A DNA stretch of 62,438 nucleotides, counting the filler, from Globobulimina sp. (taxonomy: Eukaryota): assembly GCA_003354225.1 (NCBI GenBank). It is 37 parts of 37 records of this genome, joined end to end, with 100 filler letters (N's around TTAATTAATTAA, not from the genome) between each part and the next. Parts side by side here need not be neighbours in the genome. Positions count along the whole stretch, not along the records: positions 38,889 to 40,478 come from PIVH01014432.1; positions 40,579 to 42,168 come from PIVH01014433.1; positions 42,269 to 43,858 come from PIVH01014434.1; positions 43,959 to 45,548 come from PIVH01014435.1; positions 45,649 to 47,237 come from PIVH01014436.1; positions 47,338 to 48,926 come from PIVH01014437.1; positions 49,027 to 50,615 come from PIVH01014438.1; 30 more parts are not named here. One strand, given 5' to 3'. A program made the position numbers and the translations under genes. The number at the start of each line of letters is the position of its first letter. Positions within the stretch are counted from its first letter, which is position 1. Under the pieces are notes generated by a model. That model had not been told where the DNA came from. It did not search any database and saw nothing but the letters and a program-made list of their open reading frames with translations. Positions 39,314 through 49,087 of the stretch are shown piece by piece.

Positions 39314-39401
39314 TTTAATACAAACTCACAATAGTATTTGTTTGTTGATGTTGATGATGATAGTAGTTGTGTAGTAGTAAAAAACTTTAACCATCCCAAC
39401 C

Positions 39402-40109
39402 ATGTCAGGCATACTAAGCAGTCTGAAATACGCAGTGACGCAAATACTCGGCAGCAATAAATACAAAGGTATGACCACGCATGCGAGCTTTTGTGCGATT
39501 TGGATAAAAGACGAATTTCCGATAAAGGTGGGAGTCATTGGTCCTCCGCAATGGGATTGTTTACAGATTTGGATGCAATGGGTATTGAAGGAGAGATTGT
39601 ATCCTTTCAACAATACCATGGCAGTGTGATATTAGTGACCAATGTTGCTAGCAAATGAGGCGCAACGCAGCGCAGTTATGATGCCATGCAAAATCTAACT
39701 GTGAAATATGCAAATCGAGGATATCAAACTTTTTGTTTCCCCTCAAATCAGTTTGGAGGTCAAGAACCATGGAATCATGCAACAATCAATGAATATGTTA
39801 CTAGAAACTGGCCCAATTTAAACGCAGTGCTATTTGAAAAGATTGAGGTAAACGGAGATAACACACATCCCATTTATATGTATTTGAAGCAGGTTTTTGA
39901 AGGTGACATTAAATGGAATTTTGCGTCAAAGGTATGAACAAAAAATATTATATGTTTCATTTTGTTATATATAATATGCGGTATGCCTTTGACTGATGTT
40001 CTAGTTTGTAATTGGAAGAGATGGTGTGCCATCTGCGCGTTTTGATGGTTCTGAGACATGGGATGATATTGAAAAAGCAATCGAGGAAGAATTGGAAAAA
40101 TTGGAGTAA
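39402..40109 (+). CDS. GPX: Selenocysteine glutathione peroxidase (UGA at 39656-39658); introns end at 39566 and span 39932-40004
   Basis: VTNVASK-TGA-GAT at the catalytic position, FPSNQFGGQEP, KIEVNG..HPIY, IKWNF. Stop TAA 40107-40109. Confidence 0.93.
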
Positions 40110-40160
40110 TACAATTAAGGATATTTTTAGAACTGAATGTTTTATTGAATGAATATGATG

Positions 40161-40245
40161 TTGCAATGCAAAGTGTGTATGTGATAATTTGTGTCATCTG
40201 TAAAAATGACTGAATTTGATTTGAAATAACGCAAAAGCATCGCAA
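40161..40245 (+). promoter_or_regulatory. Candidate SECIS element in the GPx 3' UTR
   Basis: GUGAU (40181-85) and UGAU (40217-20) form the tandem GA quartet above an 11-bp helix II. Lower helices: ttgcaatgc/gcatcgcaa. Confidence 0.7.
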
Positions 40246-40579
40246 AACTAATGTATTGGTTTATAAAATATTCTAACTTTCTCTGCTGAAAAAAACGACG
40301 TATTATGTGCTTCTTCCATTTGTGTAAATGCAATCGCATCGATGTTGTTAAGTTGCGTTTCTCATCACGTTGTATTAAACGGTGTATTCTGGATCTGTTC
40401 ACACCGAAACTTACAACATTAATAAGAAGTTGCTTGTGAATACTTGCTGGAATTGCAACAAATAAACCATTTTCCGATNNNNNNNNNNNNNNNNNNNNNN
40501 NNNNNNNNNNNNNNNNNNNNNNTTAATTAATTAANNNNNNNNNNNNNNNNNNNNNNNNNNNNNNNNNNNNNNNNNNNNC

Positions 40580-41536
40580 ATATATAGACAAGAAGGAGAA
40601 AGAGAAAAATGTGATTATTGTAATAAAAGATTAGAAGTTTCTGATGAAGGTTTTTTAACTTGTCAAAATGAAAATTGTGGAATTATTTACAAAGATAGTT
40701 TAGATACATCTGCAGAATGGAGATATTATGGAGCTGAAGATAATAATAATAGTGATCCAACTAGATGCGGTATGCCAATTAATCCATTATTAAAAGAATC
40801 ATCTTTCGGATGTAAAGTTATTTGTGGAACATCTTGTTCTTATGAAATGAAAAAAATAAGAAGATATACTGAATGGCAATCTATGCCATATAGAGAAAAA
40901 TCACAATATGATGAATTTCAAAGAATTCAGATTATAGCACATAATGCTGGTCTTCCCAAAATGATTATTGATGATGCTATTAGATACCATAAAAATATAT
41001 CAGAAGCAAAAACATTTCGAGGATTAAATAGAGATGGAATTATTGCAGCTTCAATTTATGTTGCTTGCAGAGTTAATCTTTATCCTAGAACAGCAAAAGA
41101 AATAGCTTCTATATTTTATTTAGATAATACAAGTGCGACTAAAGGTTGTAAAAATGCTTTATCAATCATAAATGGATTAGAATTTAATATGGAAAATAAT
41201 GAAAAAATAAATTTAGGAAAAACTACACCTATTTCATTTATTGAGAGATATTGTAGCAAATTAGGAATTAATCTTGAATTAACAAATCTATGTAAATTTA
41301 TTGCCATTAGAATAGAAAAAAATAATTTAATTCCTGAAAATACTCCACATTCAATAGCTGCAGGAATAATTTATTTTATATCAGATATTTGTAATTTAAA
41401 TATTTCCAAAAAAAATATTAGTAATATAAGTGAAATAAGTGAGGTAACAATTAATAAATGTTTTAAAAAATTAGAAGCTCAGAAAGATACACTTATTCCT
41501 TTGAAAATATTAGAAAAATATAGAAATAAAAATTAA
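40580..41536 (+). CDS. Giant-virus (Imitervirales-like) transcription initiation factor TFIIB, 5'-partial
   Basis: Zn ribbon CDYC..CQNENCG, AEWRYYGAED..DPTRCGMPINPLL, FRGLNRDGIIAASIY, ENTPHSIAAG, SEVTINKC. No introns. Confidence 0.9.
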   Translation: MYRQEGEREKCDYCNKRLEVSDEGFLTCQNENCGIIYKDSLDTSAEWRYYGAEDNNNSDPTRCGMPINPLLKESSFGCKVICGTSCSYEMKKIRRYTEWQSMPYREKSQYDEFQRIQIIAHNAGLPKMIIDDAIRYHKNISEAKTFRGLNRDGIIAASIYVACRVNLYPRTAKEIASIFYLDNTSATKGCKNALSIINGLEFNMENNEKINLGKTTPISFIERYCSKLGINLELTNLCKFIAIRIEKNNLIPENTPHSIAAGIIYFISDICNLNISKKNISNISEISEVTINKCFKKLEAQKDTLIPLKILEKYRNKN

Positions 41537-41578
41537 AATTTCGTATATGCTTAAATTATTTTTTATATATATTTTAAA

Positions 41579-42168
41579 ATGAATATTCCTAAAATTATTT
41601 TTATTGTTCCTTACAGAGATAGATTACCACAAAAAACACATTTTACAGTTTATATGAAATACATATTAGAAGATTTAGAAAAAGATAGTTATGAAATTTA
41701 TTTCTCTCATCAAATGGATCAAAGAAGTTTTAATAGAGGTGCAATGAAAAATATTGGATTCTTAGCTATGAAGAATAAATATCCAAATCATTATAAAGAT
41801 ATAACATTTGTGTTTAATGATATTGATACTATCCCATGTATTAAAAATTTAATAAATTATGAAACACAAAAAGGTATAGTTAAACATTTTTATGGTTTTA
41901 AATTTGCATTGGGAGGTATTTTTTCAATTAAAGGTTCAGACTTTGAAAAATGCAAAGGATTTCCTAATTTTTGGGGTTGGGGTTTAGAAGATAATATAAT
42001 AAATAAAAGAGTTATAAATAATAATATCTATATTGATAGATCTAATTTTTTTCCTATTGGTAATATGAATATTATACAAGCTACTGATAGACCAATACGA
42101 TTAATTAATGACAGAGAAACTACTTCACAATTAACAAGCATAGAGGGATATCATCATATTAATCAATT
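41579..42168 (+). CDS. GT7-like galactosyltransferase of giant-virus type, 3'-partial
   Basis: IVPYRDR, FNRGAMKNIGF, VFNDID, GFPNFWGWGLED. Starts 42 bp after TFIIB. Confidence 0.88.
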
Positions 42169-42289
42169 NNNNNNNNNNNNNNNNNNNNNNNNNNNNNNNN
42201 NNNNNNNNNNNNTTAATTAATTAANNNNNNNNNNNNNNNNNNNNNNNNNNNNNNNNNNNNNNNNNNNNCATCAAGGGCATTTTTTAAAT

Positions 42290-42428
42290 CTACTTCGTAT
42301 GGCGTGTGTAGGCATTCCTAATGCTTTCCGGTATCGGAATCGGGCGCTCGTTATTGCGATCAACCCAAACATGAACCCATTTACTCGTGGCACTTGCTTC
42401 GTCTTCGCCTTCAACGAACAAAGCTAAA
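42290..42428 (-). CDS. C-terminus of a bacterial-type 4HBT acyl-CoA thioesterase (chimeric fragment)
   Basis: LALFVEGEDEASA..VHVWVDRNNERPIPIPESIR. GC content is higher than in the rest of the contig. Confidence 0.65.
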
Positions 42429-43604
42429 GAATGTCCACCGCAGTTTCCATCAATAACTGAGCCGTGTTCCATAGATACATGGCGATACTTAAAAGAGCTC
42501 GGTTTATATAAATTTGGTCATTGTGATAGAAATAATTGCTCAGAATGCGTGTCTGCAGATCCTCACAAAATTGCAAAACTATGGAAAACTCGGTATAACG
42601 ACAACAGGCAACAACGACTTGACACATTATCGAAATTAGTGAAAAATAGGCAAACTGTTAATTTGATGGTTGTTAATTCAGGCTTTATGTATTTATTTTT
42701 AAACTGGGTTTGCAGTCTCACAAATAATTTATCTCCGCATGAATATAAATACATATTCCGGCATACATTAATCATTGTGACCAATGAGGAAATGGCAACG
42801 TTTATAAATGAATTGAATTTAGGATTTATGGTACATGAACCGGTGTGGTTAGGCGCCTATATTTTGGAGAAGATGATGACAGACAAAGCAAGTGCCATTT
42901 TCTCGCCTGATTCATTTAAATATTTGGTAAGTCTGCAGGTTATGGTTTGTAAGGATTTAATCGAAATGGATAAACACGTTTTGATTCAGGATGTTGATAT
43001 CATTTGGAAACGAAATGTGTTTGATTATATTTCCAGAAAGTATGTAGATGGAAATACTGAGATTGATGTTTTGATGCAATATGATGCCAGATATGACATA
43101 GTGGGACCTGGTAATTCTGGGTTTATTTTTATAAAAAGTAATTGTTTGACAAAGAGATTTATGCAAAGTATGATTGATTACATTTCAGTGATCTTATATG
43201 GCAGTCACGACCAGGTATTATGGAATTTTTTATTGCATTGGAAGCCTTTTCGGCAAATTAATTTTAACTTATTTGAGGAGGATTTGTTTTTAAATGGTTA
43301 TAAAGTTAATATTCATGGAGGTCGCCATGAGGATATTTTTGAAGAATGGTTTGAATATAAATTAAATGTAGACACTGAACATTATGAAGCTCGGATGGGA
43401 TATTATATGTTTCATGCTTCGTGGACCAATGATCATTTTGAGAAAATATTCAAATTTTATTTAATAAATGAGTGGTATTTTAGTAAAGAAAAATGTTATT
43501 CGTATTTTAATGAGAAATTATTACCAAAATTAAAAGATAGAGATACTCGATTTTTCAATGATTCTGTTCACAAATATCTGGCAAAGCATGTATACCAAAA
43601 ATAA
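42424..43604 (+). CDS. Nucleotide-diphospho-sugar transferase (GT77-like), 5'-partial
   Basis: LFLNWVCSL, VLIQDVDIIW (DxD), NSGFIF, HDQVLWN, HASW. Confidence 0.85.
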
Positions 43605-43958
43605 AGTGCAATATTGCAATATTAATTAAATGTACTGGTGATTATTATTTGTGATAACTTTCGACTCGGATTTTTTGTGTTAGTGTTTTCCCATAAATCA
43701 TTCGCTCCAACCTCCAACCATATGAACGGATAAATCCATGAAACAAATGCTTAATACGTTCACTATCAGTACTAGAACCTTGGAAATCAATCCATTTGCT
43801 TAACGTCCTATTTCCCACTTCCATTGCACCACTGCAGTTACTGCAGACACACACTACANNNNNNNNNNNNNNNNNNNNNNNNNNNNNNNNNNNNNNNNNN
43901 NNTTAATTAATTAANNNNNNNNNNNNNNNNNNNNNNNNNNNNNNNNNNNNNNNNNNNN

Positions 43959-44039
43959 AGTGGTTTTCAACCTAGTATTCGAAGTTGACCTAGTATTCGA
44001 TGACCTAGGTCAACTTCGAATGCTAGGTTCAAAACCACT
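43959..44039. repeat. Near-perfect hairpin with 35-bp arms (hAT/MITE-like termini)
   Basis: Arms 43959-43993 and 44005-44039 are reverse complements with 2 mismatches around an 11-nt loop. Confidence 0.85.
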
Positions 44040-44203
44040 CTAGCTAACCAAAAACTTTTCTAATCGTTGAAATGAAATGAAACGAAACTAAGCCAAAAAA
44101 GTTAAATGGCGATCTGTATATTTTAAATTTATTTTTCGGTTGTTGTTACTAATTATATATTATAAAAAATACTTGAAGTACAAACGCAAAAAGAAATTTC
44201 AAC

Positions 44204-44917
44204 ATGGAAGTATTGATAGCAATGGGATTATTTTACATGTAAGTGGTGCGTAATTAATGTCATACATTCTATTTCATTTATACAGTGATTGTAATCATTC
44301 AACTGCAACTCATTTGAAACAACTATTCATTCAAAAGGGGCTACAAGTTTCGTCAGGACACAGGGAAAGAGCGTGACCAAAGAGACGTCCATGCGGAAGA
44401 CACCAAACAAACTGAAAAGGTTATTAAAGAAACAAAAGTTGCATTGGAAGAAACTAACGTGGCATTGAAAAAAACTAACGTGGCATTGAAAAAAACACAG
44501 AAACAATATATTGAACTAACAATCCGTTTGTCCCGAACACAAATCATCACAGGTTTAATCACTGTTGGATTGCTTGGTATTTTAGATGAAATTTCTATAT
44601 TTTTCCTTGCCAAACATTAACAACAAAAACCATATATTGCAGGAGCAGCATACGGAGCCTACAAAGCATATCAACGGAAAGAAAGTGCTGAGGAAAGAGC
44701 CGAACAAGTATTGAATATGGACAATGCGTGGCAATGTGTAGTGTGTGAAGACAATGAAAAAACAGTTGTCTATCTACCATGCAATCATTTGGCTGTTTGT
44801 AGTCAATGTGATGCTGAAATATCAAAACTATACTTATTGGAAAATAATAACGAGACTGAATCCTGTCCAATTTGTCGGGCACAAATCATAAAAAGAGTAA
44901 ATGTCCATGTTCAATAA
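44204..44917 (+). CDS. Coiled-coil, TM and C3HC4 RING protein (spliced; 5' exon phase unclear)
   Basis: CVVC..VVYLPCNHLAVCSQC..CPICR. Intron at about 44577-44642. A 21-bp heptad duplication is present. Confidence 0.7.
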
Positions 44918-45648
44918 TTTAAATCCTTGCACAACATACATAGAATATGCGGTAATTTAAATAAATATTAAATATGTTTTTTTGCTTTACTTATTCAGTG
45001 CAATTGTTGGAATTATCATTGTTTTCAGTACGAATGTTATTATCTGATATTTTGCCATATGATATTCGCGTTGGTACAATATCCGTTAAAAATGATAATT
45101 TATCTTTGGAGTCAATATACGAGGCAATATTATCATATTCCAAGGTGTTATTAGTTGCATTGGATATTGATTCCTTTAACAATTCATCCATAAAACAATG
45201 CTGTATTATTGGTGCAGTGCGTTAATATTATATAAGAAAAATTTTATTTAATTAACTGTTGCTTTGCCAATAATAGTGGCTGCTTCCGCGGATATTTGCT
45301 GTTTGTAAATATATTAGAATGTGATGAATATTTTTATTTTTAGGTAACTTAACAAAATCATTGAGGGTTTGATCGGCTTTGAGCATTTTTTTGATGCAAT
45401 ACATGGAAAATACATCTTTTTGTTTCTTGTTTTTATTTTTATTATTGTCGATATTGTCATCGTCATCTTTTGAATCAATATCCATTATTTTGCGTTTTTT
45501 TGAATGTGTGTTTTCTGAGCTGGTGTCACTTGAATTATTTGATGTGTCNNNNNNNNNNNNNNNNNNNNNNNNNNNNNNNNNNNNNNNNNNNNTTAATTAA
45601 TTAANNNNNNNNNNNNNNNNNNNNNNNNNNNNNNNNNNNNNNNNNNNN

Positions 45649-47043
45649 ATTGCCAAATTATTTAATCATTTTTGTTTGCCATATCTCATTGTACCAATGC
45701 AGAAAATGAAATGTATTAAAATGATAAAAATAAATGAATCAAACGATGCGTTAATGCATAAATGTGAATATTTCTCATCCAATGAATCATTATTATTACG
45801 AGACAAATGTTATTGTTGTGGCTCAGCTGAAGATATCAATAAATTAATAATCTGTGCTCGCTGCGGTATTACCATTCATTCGTTTTGCATGCGATCAAAC
45901 ATTGATTTTGCCAAAACAGATAATATCGGATATTGTTATCATTGTTTATGGTTTTATCATAAAAATAATAAATTAAATAAAATAAACAAAAGTATTATTC
46001 TCAAACAAACTCAATCTGTAAATAATAATAATAATAACTATGATGATTTTATCATAAATAATAACATTCCATCATGGATTAAACCATTGTTATACGATAT
46101 TATCAATGGTAAGAATATGAATATAGATATTAAACAAAGACGAACCACGAAAGCTAACACAAAAACAATATTAAAACCATTGAAAATAAACACGGAAAAT
46201 GAATATAAATCGTCATTATATCTGTCATTAAATAATGTGGATAATAAAAACATATTGAATGAAGACAGTAAATGTGAAATATGTCATTATTATTTAAATA
46301 AAAGCTGTGGCCGATTATTACCAATTAAAGGTGGCTGTAAATGGATGCATACAAAATGTGTGTTATCCTCCACTGATGGAATAAATGTAAATTATAATCA
46401 TAAATATGGTACAAATATAATTGAGATTGATGTCACAAAGCTAGTGAGCCTTTGTCCAAAACATAAATGTCATATTTGTAATAAATTTGGCGCAGCAATA
46501 CATTGTTCAATATCTGACTGTGCATTTTCTTATCATTATCCATGTATTGTTGATACACAAATGTACGATGATTGGCAGTATAATCTACGGCCATTCTTTT
46601 GTAATATGCATAAAATACATTATAATAATCATAAAAATATTCTTCATTCTATTGTAAATCAACAAAATTTATTTGATGAATGTTGCATAATATTATATAA
46701 TACAAATAATAGTAATAATAATATTGACAATAATGTGTTTAAGGTGAAAGGGAATATAATAATTAAACAATTGAAAGATAGCAATAATAATATTATTTTA
46801 TATCAAATCTATGATATTTTTTGGAGTTATTGTAATTGTGGTAAAAGAACACAATTTATTTATGAATCATATGGGAATAACAATAATAAATATAAATATA
46901 AGCTAATTGTGGCGGATGATCCTCTGTCATATAACATATTTTCTGCAAATGATTCAAGCCAAATATTCCAAACACTTATTCAAAAATATCCAAACGGATT
47001 TGATAAATCCTTATTTGACAACAAATATTCGTTTTTCTTGTAA
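45649..47043 (+). CDS. Trithorax/MLL-like fragment: PHD, extended PHD and FYR-like region
   Basis: CYCCG..CARCGITIHSFC; CEIC..GRLLP..WMHTKC..CHIC..GAAIHC..YHYPC; IFWSY..KRT. Confidence 0.75.
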   Translation: MAKLFNHFCLPYLIVPMQKMKCIKMIKINESNDALMHKCEYFSSNESLLLRDKCYCCGSAEDINKLIICARCGITIHSFCMRSNIDFAKTDNIGYCYHCLWFYHKNNKLNKINKSIILKQTQSVNNNNNNYDDFIINNNIPSWIKPLLYDIINGKNMNIDIKQRRTTKANTKTILKPLKINTENEYKSSLYLSLNNVDNKNILNEDSKCEICHYYLNKSCGRLLPIKGGCKWMHTKCVLSSTDGINVNYNHKYGTNIIEIDVTKLVSLCPKHKCHICNKFGAAIHCSISDCAFSYHYPCIVDTQMYDDWQYNLRPFFCNMHKIHYNNHKNILHSIVNQQNLFDECCIILYNTNNSNNNIDNNVFKVKGNIIIKQLKDSNNNIILYQIYDIFWSYCNCGKRTQFIYESYGNNNNKYKYKLIVADDPLSYNIFSANDSSQIFQTLIQKYPNGFDKSLFDNKYSFFL

Positions 47044-47337
47044 AATTAGAAAATTTCAATCGTTATTTAATTATTCTTTTTGTCACAGTCTTAGTTAAAA
47101 CATGTCGATCGTACAACATCTGATAACCAATACGTCGTCAAGTCATGCAATGAGAAATAGCAACACCAAGCACAATTGCGCATTATTGTTGCTGTTACCA
47201 TCAGTTGCAATCGTTTGTATGCTAGCAGCGATGATCANNNNNNNNNNNNNNNNNNNNNNNNNNNNNNNNNNNNNNNNNNNNTTAATTAATTAANNNNNNN
47301 NNNNNNNNNNNNNNNNNNNNNNNNNNNNNNNNNNNNN

Positions 47338-47736
47338 TTTGGATATGGAAGCAGCGATGGTGAAATTAAAGAATTTAAAACGTCGACAATTGACGGTTCA
47401 GATACACCGGAATGGAATGAAGAATTTATATTTGATGAAGCGAATGATGATATTACTGCATATAGCAAATTTTTATTCAAATTGTATGATAGCGACACGG
47501 TGTTTGGCCTTGAAACAGGGGCTGATTATTTGGGTGAAACTTGCTTTTTTGAGACATCGGTTGTTACGGATTGTGATGAAATCTTTTCTGAGAATATGGT
47601 GGTTTCTCGGGATGAGAAGGAAGAAGGTTCAGTTTTCATTGAAGTGACTAAAGATGGCTGTGAGCCGTCCGCATCATCAGAATCAGCGGGCAAAAGCGGT
47701 GGCGGCGAAGGTAAACCTAAACGATTGTTGTTATAA
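47338..47736 (+). CDS. C2-domain protein, C-terminal part
   Basis: KTSTIDGSDTPEWNEEFIF..FKLYDSD..DYLGE. Confidence 0.75.
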   Translation, partial: FGYGSSDGEIKEFKTSTIDGSDTPEWNEEFIFDEANDDITAYSKFLFKLYDSDTVFGLETGADYLGETCFFETSVVTDCDEIFSENMVVSRDEKEEGSVFIEVTKDGCEPSASSESAGKSGGGEGKPKRLLL

Positions 47737-47916
47737 ATTAAATAAACCTAAAAAATTAAATTTGTTTTTGTTTTTGTATTATATATTTTGCATTTTATTA
47801 TTTATAGTTTTTGGTATAATCATGCATGAAATTAATGAAATGAAATGAGTGTTTTTGTGTGTTTTCACAGAGCAGCGGAGATTTAATAGTGTTTTTGAGT
47901 GAAACCAAAGCAAAGC

Positions 47917-48546
47917 ATGGCAGCCCCAGCCACCCCTCAAATGGTACAGAAGCCAATGAAACAAGCCAAAAAAGCTGGTGCCATTGCAAAAAAAAATAAT
48001 TTAAACAATTCCATTAAAACCATACGAGTTTTAAATCGAAGTGATGAGCAGTCAACAATTTCAGACAAAGCCTTTGGTGCAAATACCAAACCAAATAAAT
48101 ATGACTATATCATATCTGATGCAGATGAGGAATTATTAATTTTGGTCGAATTTCGAGAAGATGTGGATTTAGAATCAATTTCCATTCATGCATGCATCGA
48201 AAAGAAAGAAAAAGATGAAGATATCGAGTATTCAGCACCAAAACAAGTATTTATTTATAAAATCGATAGTTTGAATTTAGATTTTGATGATGCGCTACGA
48301 ATGAAAGCTGATGTTAAATTAGTTTGTGACTCCAACAGATTGCGTTCAAAACAAGGACACATTTTAAAATTGAAAAAAAAGGCAAAATCATCCATCAAAT
48401 TTGGTAAAATGGACAAGATTATGATTTATATCGCATCGAATCAAGACACAACGGAGCAAACATATATTTGTGGCATTAAATTCGAAGGCAATTCATCGGC
48501 AAAAACTGATATGAGCCGATGGAACGATGTGAAATGCAAATCTTGA
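47917..48546 (+). CDS. PITH-domain protein
   Basis: IISDADEELLILVEF, SAPKQVFIY, LDFDDA, IYIASNQ..EQTYI. Confidence 0.85.
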   Translation: MAAPATPQMVQKPMKQAKKAGAIAKKNNLNNSIKTIRVLNRSDEQSTISDKAFGANTKPNKYDYIISDADEELLILVEFREDVDLESISIHACIEKKEKDEDIEYSAPKQVFIYKIDSLNLDFDDALRMKADVKLVCDSNRLRSKQGHILKLKKKAKSSIKFGKMDKIMIYIASNQDTTEQTYICGIKFEGNSSAKTDMSRWNDVKCKS

Positions 48547-49087
48547 GGATAAATTGTCTGGTCCTTTCTTCTTTTTTTTTCCACGGATCAGACAGTGTCA
48601 CTTATTCTAATCTAATTACATCATTTATATTTTTATGGACAATCCAAGTCGTGATTAATATGACAATTCAATTTCAATTTAATTGTTGTGTTTTGAAATT
48701 TTCATTTAATTTAATTTAAATTATTTTATGTGTTTGTCTTATTTACAAAGGTAACAAATATAAAATCATTACAGTTTACTTTGTCTTTTTTTACTCAATT
48801 TCATTAATTTATTCCTCCAAACAGCGCCATGTGGAAATTGAAGCGCGTTTATCGATGACATTTTCATCCTTATAAATCCAGGTTGCTTTTGTGGATAATA
48901 TTTGCCATTTTGATGCTCACATTCTTNNNNNNNNNNNNNNNNNNNNNNNNNNNNNNNNNNNNNNNNNNNNTTAATTAATTAANNNNNNNNNNNNNNNNNN
49001 NNNNNNNNNNNNNNNNNNNNNNNNNNATATAGCTACTAATCACACATAATAATAATAATAATTTGTACAAGTTACATTGTCATTTTC

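Noticed and set aside
41537-41578. Mimivirus early promoter AAAATTGA
   Set aside because: The exact motif is absent, and near-matches are expected by chance in such AT-rich DNA.
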